DNA from: Octopus vulgaris
Lineage: Eukaryota
Direction: 5' to 3'
Assembly: GCA_951406725.2 (NCBI GenBank)
Contig: OX597823.1
Coordinates: 59,458,001-59,522,000 of the forward strand
Length of the DNA: 64,000 nucleotides
Shown in pieces: positions 13,303 to 27,789 of the stretch; positions within the stretch are counted from its first letter, which is position 1; the number at the start of each line of letters is the position of its first letter. The translations under genes and the position numbers were made by a program. The notes beneath the pieces were generated by a model. That model did no database searches. It was not told the origin of the DNA and worked only from the letters and a program-made list of their open reading frames with translations.

Positions 13303-13712
13303 CCATTTATTTGCTTCAGTCACTGGACTGTGGCCATGCTGGAGCACCACCTTGAAAGGTTTTAGTTGAACAAATCAGCCCTAGTACTCATTTTTGAAAG
13401 CCTGGTACTTATCAGTCTCTTTTGCTAAGTTACAGGGATGTAAACAAATCAACATTGGTTTTCAAATGGTGGAGGGCAGACAGAAACACAAAAACACGCA
13501 CACACAAACACACTCGCACACACAGACACACACACATATATATATATACAAGGGATTTCTCTCAATTTCCTTCAATCAAATCCACTCACAAGGCTTTAAT
13601 CAGACTAAGGCTATAGTAGAAGACATTTGCCCGAAGTATCCCTCAGTGAGAGTGAACCCAAAAGTATGATGTTGAGGACCAACCTTCTTACCACACAACC
13701 ATGCCTATGCCT
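13303..13712 (-). mobile_element. SINE family A
   Basis: Reverse-complement copy of family A. Confidence 0.8.
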
Positions 13713-13799
13713 ATAAAGAATGTTTACAACACCTACCAGTCACCCATCTAGATTTGGCATAGCTTAACTCTGGTGATCAAACAAGAACCACTGGTCATA

Positions 13800-14040
13800 A
13801 TGCGTTTCCAAATCTTTCTAAATTGTGCTGTTCTGTTTCATCTTGGCCCAAATTTTTTAATTAAATCATCTTCCCATCATCATGGAGGCCTTCTGATAGG
13901 CCTTTCCTGATCTCTTGGCTACCACTCAGCAACTGTATTGGTTCCCCTGGTGTCTGTGAATTTTGTGACATGTCTGACTCAGCAGAAGTTGTGCTTATAA
14001 AATTTCAATGATCATGTTGTTCACTCTTCTCCATTCTCTT
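13800..14040 (-). mobile_element. Degenerate LINE C-terminal fragment (RTE-like)
   Basis: Minus strand HVTKFTDTRGTNTVAEW*PRDQERPIRRPP..WEDDL resembles the GH..RW..W.P...R.RGRP..RW.DD motif. Confidence 0.55.
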
Positions 14041-15031
14041 TGACAAAATTTGTAAATAAGAATATTAAAACAAATACAAATTTTATTAATTTAAAAGCAT
14101 CAATTCCAAATTTAAGAGAAAACTTATTTACTTATTTGGCAACTGACAAGAATTGTTAGCAAGAGAATGATAATCCAACAATTAGATTAGGAGATTTAAT
14201 AATGATGACAGCTAATGAAATGATTAAGTTAATCCTTTGTTAAGTCTTTTAAATCCAACTGACTGTCACTTAACTTAACTGTATGTTGACGATAAATAAA
14301 TTCAAATTCATCTTTGCCCCATGGATAAGGCACTAATCAACAATAGTTAAATTTCTCAGGGCATCAATTAAATTTATTTGTATAATGTTTTGTTACAGGA
14401 AGAACGAATGTCCATATTTACTTAGCAGTGACCTCTGAGACATTCTTACTGGCCGAGTGTGGCAGAGGAGACTGTCAGTACTCAGGACTTTTGTAGACTC
14501 TCTGTGGCAGGTGAGTTTAATACTGTTAATGTTCCACTTAGATTGTTGTAGTTAACACCTGCAAGGAAAAACATGAGCAGAGAGAAGATTGAAGGAGGCA
14601 AATATTCTGGGCAGAGGTGACTGAGCATAATAGGGAATGCAGAGCCAAGGAAGTTGGACTCAACAATGTCGATGAATAAGGGGGTGACATATGGGTCAGA
14701 GGTAGCTCAGTGGAGGAGACAGAGAACCAGACAGCTTTGAGGAACAGAAGCTAATAAAGTAGTAATAAAAAGACAGACAGTAAGCTTGTATGCCAGATGC
14801 CAAAGCAGATCCACTGGGGATTGAACACCAACCAATAGGGTAGACCTTCTCTGGATGTGGTCCAAGTAGTCAGTGTGTATAGCTTTAGCACTGTCTCAGA
14901 TGTGAGAGCAATACGCCACAGAAGGTTTCACTTGACTCCATTTTGGGGTTAACATAATTCTCCAATGGAACTAGCATGACACAGCTTGATAAGGCCAGGC
15001 TAGACTTTTTTTTATATTACAAGTACAATAA

Positions 15032-15250
15032 AGGTGACAAGCTGGCTGGCAAAATTGTTAGCATACCTGCAAAATTCTTAGCAGCATTTCAATTGTCTTT
15101 ACATTCTGAGTTCAAATTCCACCGAGGTTGACTTTGCCTTTCATCCTTTTCAGAGTTGGTAAAACAAGTACCAGTTGAGCACAGTGGTTGATGTAATCAA
15201 CTCACTCCTTCCCTCGAAAATTCTAGCCTTGAGCCAAAATGTAAAAACAA
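15032..15250 (+). mobile_element. SINE family B (old)
   Basis: ctgagttcaaattccaccgaggttgactttgcctttcatcc. Confidence 0.75.
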
Positions 15251-16006
15251 ATTTCAAGTACATCCATCCAACAGTTTTCCACACAATTTCCATCTACCCT
15301 ATTTCACACACAAACTTTGGGTTATTCAGAGGCTACGTTAAAAAAACCCACTTGCCCTAGATGCTATATAGTGCAATCAAATCTGCAGCTTTGTGATTGC
15401 GAATTAAAGTTCTTAACCATTTCTTTATGCACCATTGAAGCAAATGAGATGCTGTTGAGCTGGCAGTGCCATCTTACATGCATATGGACACGCTGGACAG
15501 TTACCAGGGTGGTGGGTAGGTCTTACAGGAATAGGGACCTGATATATATAAGCTATAGCATGCTGTCAATAAATAAATACTATAGGACATGGTACATTGA
15601 TTTATCCAGGGGCCTACAATGCTGCTAAATTGGCCTCAAGCACTGGATACAGAAAATGACAGGAATGACAAAAGTAGGAAGGTCTTTGCTTGTAGGCATG
15701 CTTGAGCAAGGGAGCTAATGTGGATCCAAAAGCGACGACAAGTTTCTTCATCTGTACAGTGTCTGTTCATACTCGTAGCTAGATGGGCAAAATGATGGTG
15801 TGCTGGTGTCAGAAGGTAAATGGTTAACCTCCCACTCTCTTGTCTACTTTTCTATTCAGTGCAATATCAGTTGTCTCTTAAATCATATTCATTGTTACTG
15901 AAGAGTGGTAAATGGAGGGTAAACAGTCTACAATGGAAACATGGGGATGAATGATGGCAGTAAAGAAGAAATCAATATCAGGAACAGTAATGACCAGCTT
16001 TAATAA

Positions 16007-16632
16007 AGATGACGTTAATGATGATGTTGGTGATCGTAGTGATGACAATGATGATGATGATAGCGATGAGGACGAGGATGATGACAACAATGGGGATGAC
16101 GATAATATTAATAGGGATGATGGGAATATTGATGATGCTGGTGAGGATGAGGATGACGATGATGCTGATTATGATATGACGATGCTTATGATGATGATAC
16201 AAACAACGACAAAAACGATGACGATAATTATGATTGTAAAGACTTTTCAGAAAGATGACATGACTGCTTCTTCTTCTTCTTCTTCTGATGCTGCTGCTGC
16301 TGCTGATGATGATAATGGTGATGATGATGCTCATGACGACGACTTGGTCCCCAACAACAACAACGACAAGGAAGTAGATGATCGTGATGGTGATGATGAT
16401 CATAATGTTGATGGTGACTATGACAGATGTCAATAATGATGATAATGATGATGATAACGATCATGATTATAATGATGATTATAATGACGATAATGCTGAG
16501 GATAATGATGATGATGATGGTGAAGCCGATAATCGTGAGTGCCATCACGATGGCAATGATGACAATGGTCATGATGATCATGATAGTGGTGATGATGTTG
16601 TTGATGTTGATGATGATGATGATGATGATGAT
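16007..16632. repeat. Degenerate (GAT)n trinucleotide array
   Basis: GAT/GAC/AAT triplets giving low-complexity ORFs in several frames. Confidence 0.9.
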
Positions 16633-17759
16633 AAGTTTTGTTTTTGTTATTTCTTCATGTCATTCCTATCTGCATGAGACATGAATGTTTTCCACATCGC
16701 CAATTTCCTCATTCCTCATTTCATGCAGCATTGTGTACTTCGTGCCACTGAATTCACTTCTGTTACTTGTCATTTGTCGAAAAAATAATGGCAGGCACAA
16801 TGTTTTTTTTCTTTTTGTAACGTGTGTGTGTGTGTGTGCATGTGTGTGCATGTACGTATGTATGTATTCTCGCACGTAATATTTCTTTTCATTTTTTTAT
16901 TGCTAGATATGATATATGATATTTTTGTTGCTTTTTTGTTTATTTTTGTGTGTGTATGTGTATGCATGTGTATGTGTGCCTATATACGTATGAAAGTATG
17001 TCAGCTTATATATATTTGTGTGAACACATGTGTAGATATATATATATATATATATATATATAAGTATGTATGTATGTATGTATGTATGTATGTATGTATG
17101 CATGTGTTTGCAATCAAGCATATCTATGAATATGTCTATAGATATAGGTATGTAGTATGTACACATATGTGAGTATGTGTGTGAGTATACATACATACAT
17201 ATATATACATGCATTCATACATGTGTGTGTGTGTGCGCACGCGCGCATGCCAAACTGTCTTTATGCCCACTCAGGGAATCCTGCCTCTCTAAAGACGCTG
17301 TGCAGCATGTAATCATAAAACACGCTAAACATTAAAATTCAACATCCCTCTCATAACTCACTTGGAACTTCAAGGACAAATTACTAACATACTCTCTTAT
17401 AACATAGATCATTGTTGATTATACACTATACTTTTACAGAACACAGTAATCTAAATAGCAGATGGTTCACCTAAGAAAATCCTTAGATTTTATAAAATGT
17501 TCTCTTAACTTAATTCTTGTCTCTTTGTGTATAACTTCCAAGTCTCCAAATGTCTCAACACCCCAATTTTCAGCTTGAGCGTAACACAAACAACCTTGGT
17601 ATGAAACAGCACTGAGTTCCCTATATCTCCAACATGCTCTTGTGCAAGAGCAGAGATATATTTATATATAGATTTATTTATATATACAGAGAGAGAGAGA
17701 GAGTATAAAAGAGAATAAATTATCCTCGTGGATAACGTTATATTAAGCAAAGAATTGCC

Positions 17760-18025
17760 AGTCAATTAAATTATTTAGATATAGGAACAAAATAAATACT
17801 ACTCGCCCTAGTAAACTAATTTGGGCACCAAAAGACAGGAACAAAGTATATTTGATTGGGAAATAATTAGTAAGGCAAAACCTTATAGTAGATGATAGTA
17901 GATGTGACTTTTGTATGGAAGAAATGTATCAAATTTTTACTTCTAAATTTACTCTTATAAACATGACAGGAACAGGCTGTAAGATGCCCACACTTGAGAA
18001 AATACATTGTTAAATAATTTAAGTA
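17760..18025 (+). mobile_element. Penelope-like element, degenerate C-terminus of the GIY-YIG region
   Basis: FRYRNKINTT..SKLIW, WEIISKAKPYS..RCDFCMEEMYQI and CPHLRKYI across frameshifts. Confidence 0.65.
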
Positions 18026-18109
18026 AATACAATTCACCATCTATAGTAATTATGCTAGTTATAATAATGATTATCATAATTAGTTATAATAAAACAAATG
18101 ATAATAATA

Positions 18110-18880
18110 ATACGTGAAGGAGTCATACCCAGTGACTGGCATAGCAGCACCATAATCAACTGCTACAAAGGTAAAGGTGATGCTTTAGATAGAAATAACT
18201 ACAGGAGTATCAAACTGCTGGATCAGGTGATGAAGGTCACGGAGAGGGTCATAGCTCAACTAATTAGGAAGAGAGTCTGCTTAGATAAGATGCAGTTCGC
18301 TTTTGTGCCAGGTAGAAGCACAACTGATGCTATATTACTGGTACAGCAATTGCAGGAGAAATACCTAGCCAAAGATAAACCTCTATACTTGGCTTTTGTG
18401 GACTTGGAGAAAGCCTTTGACATGGGCCCCTAATCCCTTATCTGGTGGGCGATGTGGAAACTGGGGATTGATGAGTGGTTAATAAGAGCTGTACAGGCCC
18501 TGTACAGAGATGCCATTAGTAAAGTAAGGGTTGGCAATGAGTATAGTGAAGAATTCCAAGTAAAAGTAGGTGTTCACCAAGGATCAGCCCTCAGCCCATT
18601 TTTATTCATCATAGTCCTCTAGACAATAATAGAGGAATTCAAGACAGGTTGCCCCAGGGACCTCCTCTATGCCGATGACCTTGTTCTCATAGCAGAATCA
18701 CTACCAGGCCTTAGAGTCAATGTTGCAAAAACCATAATCCCAGTAAGTAGGAAGGCAAACACTTCACAAACTCCTTCAGGTAGATGGCCCTGCTCAATCT
18801 GTAGAAAAGGTATAAGTAGAAACTCCATAAGATATACCCAGTGTAAGCTATGGATGCATAAGAGTGCAACAACATCAAAG
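18110..18880 (+). mobile_element. RTE-clade LINE reverse transcriptase fragment (pseudogenised)
   Basis: IPSDW..YKGKGDA..NYRSIKLL, QFAFVPGRSTTDAI, AFVDLEKAFD, VHQGSALSP and LLYADDLV motifs, with stops and frameshifts. Confidence 0.92.
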
Positions 18881-19216
18881 GAATATATATATATATATAT
18901 ATAAAGGCTAAAAATTATTAAACATGATAATTTATACCAGTGGCCAACATGCGTAAAAATTGTGTGTAGACTATAAAATACTTTTATATATATATATATA
19001 CATGTGAATAAGTTAGACACTGAGAGGTGATTTTGTCATTTATTTGTATTTAAAACTTGTTGCTTCAAATCAGAGAATAAAATATTATTATGATATATTA
19101 TTATACTATGAGTTTTTCATAGTAGGTTTCTCTCCGTAACTTACAAAGCCTTTCATGTTTGTTTACAAATATTATATATATATATATATATATGAAGTAT
19201 GCATATTTATACATAT

Positions 19217-19268
<52 letters not shown>

Positions 19269-19639
19269 GTATATATATATATGTATATGTATACACGCAT
19301 ATATACATACAAACATTTATACATACATATGAATATTTATACAGATACACATGCACAAATATATATATATATGTATTTATATATACACACACATTAATGT
19401 TTGTTTTTATATAACGACTCCTTTTAAGGAATATTTAATACTTTTCATAGAGTATATATTTATTGTACATTTGCAAGAATAGTAGCGACTGTAACTTCAA
19501 AATTTTGGCCTGCTGTCTCTATCTCTCTACAATACCATTAATCCCTCAACTGGCACAAAGCCACCCACCTCTCAATATTATACTTCCCCGTCCTCCCAAT
19601 TGAGGGGTTTTGCCTATATTTTTTGTCTCTTTTTTGTCT

Positions 19640-20012
19640 TGCAAGATACTTGGTAACCCTGTCAGTGATGGTGCCACATAAAAACCACTGGTGCTGGTGT
19701 CATGTAAAAAACGCTGGTGCTGGTACCACAAAAGAAAAGCACCAGTGCTGGTACCACAAAAATAAGCACTGGTGCTGATGTCATATAAAAAATACTGGTG
19801 CTGGTACCACAAAAAAATTACTGGTGCTGGTGTCATATAAAATGTACACAGTACATTCTGTAAAGTGGTTGGTGTTAGGAAGGGTATCCAGCCATAGAAA
19901 CCATGTCAAAACAGGCTCCCAGACTTGATAGCTTTGGTCAAACCTTCCAACACAGGCCAGCATGGAAAAGAGATGCCAAATTATGATGATAATGATGACA
20001 ACAATGATGATG
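19640..20012 (+). mobile_element. RTE-related 3' tail element with an internal ~26-bp tandem expansion
   Basis: About 7 ggtg(c/t)ca..aaaa..cactggtgct units, then the standard tail. Confidence 0.75.
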
Positions 20013-21534
20013 AAGTCCACAAACATTTGCAAGTTCCAAATGAATTGCAATAATGGAATGCATTCCAGTTGTACTGTGTATATTTTCCTTCACTCAAGCA
20101 TGATAAATGCTAAATGCAAAATTTCATTATTCAGCATAGTAATAATTGTTTTTAAAGACATTAGTATGTAATTTGAAAAAGAATTGTCTGATATTTCTAA
20201 CAGGTCAAGTAACTATATTGGTTTGTATTATTTTTAGATTATTCTGAGACTGAACTCCAGCCCATCTGTCCATCTGTTTCTCTCTCTTTTTTTCACTCTC
20301 TCTCTCCTTCTCTGTCTCATTCACAGGATAATGAATAATTATTTTTGCAATATATATCAGAGCTTTATTGTTTTTATAACATTTTGTACTTTCTCTAACT
20401 TATTCTTACCTTAATCAGAACTTCTCTTCCCATCCAGGTGATGTATGCTCAATAGAAAATACCTTCAATATTTTTTTTAAACACAATATCAATTATTTAT
20501 TTCATGAAAATGTAGAAAAAGTATTATTATACTAAGTTCCTTCCATGACATTTTCTTTTTAGCTTCTACTATTTCAAATATTGCATATTTATCATAGCTA
20601 AATCTCAAGAGAAAAAGAAATGAAAATGAAACAACCAGAGGAAGAAAATTAATAACAATATGAAAAAAAGGAGGAAAAAAATAGTAGCCCTGACAATGTG
20701 TGAAGATTTCTTTTTCATTTGACAGCATATTAAATACATTGATAATCTTTTTTTTTAATCCTTCAGAAACGTAACTTTATATAGATATCTTTATATGTGA
20801 GTGTATGTGCTTATATGTGGTACTATGGATATATGTATATGCATTTATACACATAAATATATGCACGTATATATATATATCTAGACATGAATATGTATGC
20901 ATATATATATATATATATGTATGTATGTATGTATGTATATGTGTGTGTATGTATGTGTGTGTATATATATATATATATATAAACGCATACATATACATAT
21001 CTATGTGTGTGTATGTGTGTACGATATGTATATACATACATACATACATATATATATATATATATGCATATATATATATTTACACATTTCGCACACGTTT
21101 ATCTGTGAGATGTATGTCTTTCATTTTATATGCATATCTGTATATATGTGTATGTCTAATGTATAATTATGAGAAATATATCTCTTATCTTACAAAAAAA
21201 TTCCTGCAACAAAAGCTATCCCCTCTATCTCTTCAATATGTTAAAATCATGAAAGAGCAAATAAGTTAATGGAAAAATACATTCCATTGTTTTCAGAGTC
21301 TTGATGTTCTTGAAAGTTTACTTATATAAAAGAGAAACACTCATAGATTCACAGCAAACGACAGCAATATCTTCCCACTGATGAAATTATTAAGACAAGT
21401 CTTGTACGGCTATTGCATGCCACTTTTATCAAGTGTCTTCTATCAGATCCTGGGGTTGAATAACTTGAAAGTGAAATTTGGTAAATTTGGTTAACAGAAG
21501 CTGAATGAGATGCCATTGTGTGTATGTATGCATG

Positions 21535-21599
<65 letters not shown>

Positions 21600-23292
21600 A
21601 CAAGTGGTAGCGTTGTTTGTATTCCTCCATAAACAAATCGTCACCTGGTTTTGTATCTTCAAAGATGCATGGAATGAGAGATCCCTAACTTACGAAAAAA
21701 AGAAAACAGGTAAAGGTTAATGACAGGAGAAGAATATACATATATATATAAGTATAAGCACAAGAACAACTTGATTAACAATAGATTAGACCTAAGAGTA
21801 TCATGCATACATAGTGTGACACAGACATTTAAATATTTTCGAAATTAACATTTTATAGGTGTTGTGCTTGAACTGGATTGATGGAAACTAACTTTTAAAA
21901 TTTTAGTGTTCATGAACTAGAGTACCCCTTCACTCATAACAGAAACTCTGATATGCTCTATATTGAAACTTCAGTTATGTATCATCATTTATTCCTTATA
22001 CAGATGATTCTTGTTAAAATCTCTTTTGTTAAATTTTAATTCCTTTCATTGTGAATTATTTTGTTTGTAACAAATGGTGCTTCTAGCAGTGGTATAGTAT
22101 GTGCAGTAATTGAATTGGCACTCCCTGCCTTAAAAATGACATACCCTCAAATACAAGCAAACTCACATGCATTGTGTAGCTCACACAATCCATGCAATAC
22201 GGCTTTTCCTTAGTAGGATCCAAATTGGTGCTAGCAGATCTGGTTTTTGTTGAAGTACAGTTAAGAAGTTTTGTAACTTCCACAAAAGAAAGGAAAAGAG
22301 TGTCCCATGACCCTTGCAGGCCCTCTGAGAACAGTTGAAAGTATTTTCAAATTGAAGTCCTGGTTTCAATTCTTGCAACAGAGAGCCTGGTTCTGTTAAA
22401 GGTATCAAAGGTGTCAGACAGGATATGAACACAGAATGCAAAACGCCAGAAGAAACACTGCAGGACAACCAGTTCAATGTTCTTATAGTTCTACCAATAT
22501 GCCTCTCTAGATTGGCACATTTTTATAAGCACGAAACAAATGAAAGGAAAATTGGCCTTCATGGGATGTGAACTCAGAATATAACAAGCTGGAACATACT
22601 CTGCAGGCATTTTTAATTGGTTAAAATAAGACAAAGTGATCCAATCCATTATCAAATGAATTCACCTTTACTCTTTGCAAAAGACTTCTGAAAATCTTTG
22701 AGAATCATGAGGTGGAATAACTTATGTGAAATTAAAGTCTATATCTTATGTTTACACACTCTCTTGGCTATATTTTTCCAAGCAATGAAGGATACTAGTT
22801 TGGATAATGTTACTTGTCATGTTTTATAGAAAAGGATGTGCTACATCTAGATAACCCAGCTTCAGAAACACTGAGTGATCTAATATGAGGTGAAATCAGT
22901 TTTAGAAGAAGAGATTTTCTGGAGTAACTTCTTTTTGCAGAGACAATTTTCATGGATTACCTCAGGAATCAATATTCTATGCAATTGTTATCTTTTTGCT
23001 CTGTCTGGTATATTCAGGAGATAAATCATTAAATGCTTCTGTGACGATGTTCATTGTGACATTATCTCTACATACAATCATCTAAACTTGAAGCACAGTG
23101 ACCTGGCTACTATCATGCAAAGTAGAGGACTACATGCATAAATGTTCCGAAAAAACATTTTTCAAAAGAACAAGCGTCATTTGTAGCATAAAGAGTTCAT
23201 TCTTTAGACTTGTGTACACATAGATTATGTTCGTACAAATCATATCAGTTTGCAGGGAAGCTGGAATTTATCCATGTTTATGAGAGAAAGAG

Positions 23293-23392
23293 NNNNNNNN
23301 NNNNNNNNNNNNNNNNNNNNNNNNNNNNNNNNNNNNNNNNNNNNNNNNNNNNNNNNNNNNNNNNNNNNNNNNNNNNNNNNNNNNNNNNNNNN
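23293..23392. other. Assembly gap (100 N)
   Basis: Run of N. Confidence 1.
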
Positions 23393-23845
23393 CATATCAA
23401 GATAAACATCACATGACCTTGCAGGTGGGAGCCCAGTTAGAATTTTCTTCTAGTTGAGTAACCCATCCTGCTCAAAAGGTCCCTGAATAAGGGTTGTTTA
23501 AGGATGTTGAATGAAACACCCATGTTCCCAGAGGTGAATTATCCAAGCCCCAAAGGCTTCCTCTCAACACATCGCTATGATATTCCCACGATACGTCTGC
23601 TCGTGATCAGAGATGCACATATCGTCAGCCACTAAGGGACATGCTCAACTGGTTACGGTCAAACAGCTGATAAGCAAATCAGTGGTATTGAGCAGAATAT
23701 TTGCTGTAGCCCATCTTTTATACCAAGACAAAACAATGTAGATGATAACACTTCCAATCAGTTACGATCATAAGATCAGAAGCCATGAGAGCCACTGCCT
23801 GGTACTGCATCATCATCATCATTATCATCGTCATCGTCATCATCA

Positions 23846-23883
<38 letters not shown>

Positions 23884-23886
<3 letters not shown>

Positions 23887-25270
23887 TAGTTTTATTTTTA
23901 TAGCGTGCTTTCACTTCACTACCGAGCGCAGCTCTGTGTGCCTTGGGTATGTGCTGTGATTTGTTGTGATGCTCTGATGGTTATTGTATGGAAAGTGTTC
24001 TGCGTAGGATGTGTGCAGTGCCTAGTAGTGCAATTTTCTGTATGTTATATGTGTTTGTAAGTCCTGGTGTTTTTGTTATGTATTTGTCTGAATATTTTTT
24101 TATCATGCCTAATGCACCTACTATGATAGGAATTGTTTCTGTTTTCAGATTCCACATTCTAGTTACCTCTATTTCCAGGTCTTTGTATTTTGAGAGTTTC
24201 TCCATTTCTTTTAGAGACACGTTGTCATCTGCCGGTATTGATACATCAATTAGAAAGCATTTTTTTCTTCATGATCTCTGACAACTATATCTGGTCTGTT
24301 AGCCTTAATTTCTCTATCTGTGTGTATCGGCATATCCCAGAGTATGGTTGCTTTCTCATTTTCTGTGACCTTTTCTGGTGTGTGCCTATACCATCTTTTT
24401 TCTGTTGTTATTCCATAATGTTGGCATAGCTTCCAATGTATGTAGGTTCCAACTCTGTCATGTCTGTGAATATATTCCTTCTTAGCCAGGACTGGGCAGC
24501 TAGAGATAATATGATTTATTGTTTCTTGTCCATCTCCACATATTCTGCAGTTACTTGTAATATTTCTTTTCATTACATGTTTTTGGTAATTTCTGGTGGG
24601 GAGGCTTTGGTCTTGTGCTGCAATTAAAAATCCCTCTGTTTCTGCTTTGAGTCCTGAGCTTCTCAACCATTGCTGGGATTTTTCTTTGTCTATTTCTTTT
24701 GCGTTTAGTTTAGTGCAGTATTTACCATGAAGGGGTTTTTCTTGCCATCGTTTTATCATGGCTCGTTGCTGTTCTATTTTTAGTTTGGATTTCATTTGTT
24801 TTATAGCTTTTGTTGTTTCTTCAACATCTTCTTCTTCTTCTTTGTGTTTATTAGGTGGTATGATTTCTTGTTTGTATTTGTCAGCTTCCTTAAATACTGA
24901 GAACAGTTTTTTGTTTTGCTCGTGTTTTGCTGCTATCTGGATCAGTTTTCCTTCCTTCTGAAGTAGGTATTTTTGCAGTCCTATGGTGGTTATTTTATAG
25001 TAGTTTTCCAGCTGTATAAGGCCTCTACCACCTTCTATAAGTTGTATATATAGTCTTTCTATGTCAGATTTTGGGTGATGCATCCTAGATCCTGTCAGTA
25101 TTTTTCTTGTTTTCCTATCTATTTTGGACAGTTCATTTCGTGTCCAGTTAAGGATATTGTAGCTGTAACTTATAACTGGGACAGCTAAAGTGTTGATACC
25201 TATTATCTTGTTTTTAGCATTGAGCTCTGTTTTTAGTATTGATCTAACTCGTCTATAATATTCTTTTTAT
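23884..25270 (-). mobile_element. 5'-truncated R4/Dong-like non-LTR retrotransposon (C-terminal RT region, CCHC knuckle, REL endonuclease)
   Basis: ORF with CRICGDGQETINHIISSC, RHD, ILWD, NRPDIVV..IDVSIP, KLSKYKDL and ALLGTAHILR. A single frameshift in a homopolymer near 24260. (ATT)n tracts on both sides. Confidence 0.9.
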
Positions 25271-25281
25271 TATTATTATTA

Positions 25282-25330
<49 letters not shown>

Positions 25331-26211
25331 CATTATTATTGTGTCAAGTTCCAGTTCAGCACGGGGTTCGATGTAATCGACTAACACACTTCGAAATTTC
25401 ATGTCTTGTGCCTGTAGTAAAAAAGATAATTATTTGTGGCAGTAGAATTAGCCGAGTCATTAATGCGTCAGACAAAGTGCCTTATACTATTTGTTCTGTT
25501 TTCATATTGGGCCGAGATCAATTTTGCTTTCCACCCTTCTGGGTTCGGTAAAATAAAATACCAGCAAGTGCTGGGGTTGATCGACTAATCCCATCCACGA
25601 AATTTCAAACGTTGTACCAATGAAAAGGAATTATAATCTCTCAATGCTGAATTCCGTATTTTCTGGTTGAAAATTTTTGAATTGGATTTTTGAAGGATTA
25701 TTGAACGAACTATTTCCAAAAGGATTATTGAAGGACTATTTTCAAAAGGAAATCTTACGAGTTTGCCCCCTATACCTAGAGCGAATAAGATAGATATGTA
25801 TTTTTAGACATATCAAAATTTTATTTTTATGCTCTTACATACAGTTTCAATATGGCTTCTAATGCTAGAGCAATTAGAAACATCCCTAAATAAAATAGCT
25901 TCGAATTTAGCAATACAGAGTGTGGAAACAAACAATAAAAAAGAAACACACTCGGTTAAAAAAATAAGTTACATATTTTGTTAAATGAGAAATATAACTC
26001 AGTTTTAACAGACGAGAATTTTAATTTATACTAATCAAACAAAAATGACAATCGTTGCTTTTGCCATATCTGTGTCTCTTGTATTTTGTTGGAGTATTTA
26101 CACTGCAACACGAATTTTTGGACAGGTCAATTTTTACATTTCAATATGATACAGGTTCTCTGTGCATTAGAAAGAATTCTTTACCAATTTGTAACATTCA
26201 TAGACTTTAAC

Positions 26212-26269
<58 letters not shown>

Positions 26270-26379
26270 TATATATATATGTATACATATATATATGCCA
26301 GGGATGTAGTTTCAAATGAGTATAAACTGAAACAATGAGAGCACCCTTTTTACAGGGTAGTGATTTAACCCAACCATCC

Positions 26380-27775
26380 CAGGGGGTGGTGAGAATGGGG
26401 ACATGTATAGGAAAGACTTGGGATAAGTAATATTTTAATTGATTGTACACTAAGATGAAACACTAACATAACTACATATAAATGATTGTGCATTATTTTG
26501 AGCAACATCACATCAAGAAACGCAACGTAGAAGGAGCCCTACACCTTGAAAAAACTAAAAAAGATTGGAAATGTCGAACATCAAAACTAGCCTATATACA
26601 TCCGGTTTCATCTGCGTTATAAATGTCGTGGCATTCAAACTTATGCGGGTCCATAATACTCTTTAAGTTGTAAAATTTGCCAACGTTATGGCGATTGAAC
26701 GCACCTGCTCTAGCAAGAGATATAGCCTCTGGTGTTTGAATTGCTAGGTGGTTTCTTTCTTTAAAGGCTATCCAAATATGCTCGACAGTCGTTCCATTTT
26801 ATTGCCAAGAATCAGGGATGTAACATTGTTTTTTAATGCCTATTCCACTACCAACTCACGGCATTTATTTCGTGTGAGTCCGTGGAACTGCTCGGTTAAA
26901 GTCTTTATGTGAGTCGATAACTCAGCTTCCATCTCCCATGAAGATGTCATATTTTCTATCCTGTAATTTTTGTACCCAAACACTTTGTTTTACCCGTCAT
27001 TTTGTTGATTGCATTTGTCTACATAGCTTTTTGGTGTCATTCTTGCTATATTGAAAGCCTTGACAGCACCACGGATACTGTATCCTTCCCTGACGCGATC
27101 TTTGACCCTACTCAAATCGTCCTTTGCAGCCCCACGATTGGTCATTCAGACATATTTCCAAGGCATCTGAAAAAGTCAATACATGTGCAAATTTTAGCCA
27201 GTATAATGGTATAAAGGTAGGTAGATCAAAATTTAATCTTTTATGTTGAATTGAAGCCCTATGCAGTTTAGCTTCAAGGCACTTAAACTCTAAAGCAAAC
27301 ACAGCTCATTAACAGTTACCAGAGCTTTTGATATTCATCACAGGAAGTAAAATTAACAGATTAAAATTGTTTTTTCATCATGCATCAATAAAGGGAGAGT
27401 TGGGACACTTCTCAGCTCTCCCATACATAGCTGTCCCAACTCTCCATTGTAACTTTAATGTTAGTTATACGGGTTTTTTTTAACGATTACAGTGATAGAG
27501 AAACGATATAGGTATATGACAAAATGCATTCGATCAGAATGCTACATACTACTACAGAAATATGAACATGCTTACCTTCAAGGCCAACATTTACATTTTG
27601 GTGTAAAATTGATTTTTTTTTCAAAAAATAATTGTATAAACGGCCTACACTTATTAAATGTGTTAGATCAGCAGGAACATTTCTAGAAGTGCTTCTAATA
27701 GGTGGTAGTAATTACTTTTTATATTTTACAGATTTAGGGAAAATTATTGTGGCTCAACTCTCCTAAGTTTCCCCA
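26380..27775 (-). mobile_element. Pogo-like DNA transposon relic (HTH plus start of DDE_1); coding remnant ~26601-27166
   Basis: MPWKYV*..SIRGAVKAFNI..EAELSTHIK..FHGLT..CRELV..TPEAISLARAGAFN..IYNADETG. Repeated GGAGAGTTGGGACA motifs near the ends. Confidence 0.85.
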
Positions 27776-27789
27776 ACATTTGCATTATC

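Noticed and set aside
15951-16684. Asp-rich and Met/Ile-rich ORFs
   Set aside because: Products of a (GAT)n array, open in several frames on both strands, with no convincing splice context.
22083-22477. 98-aa and 66-aa minus-strand ORFs
   Set aside because: No recognisable domain; possibly decayed transposon sequence, but not assignable.
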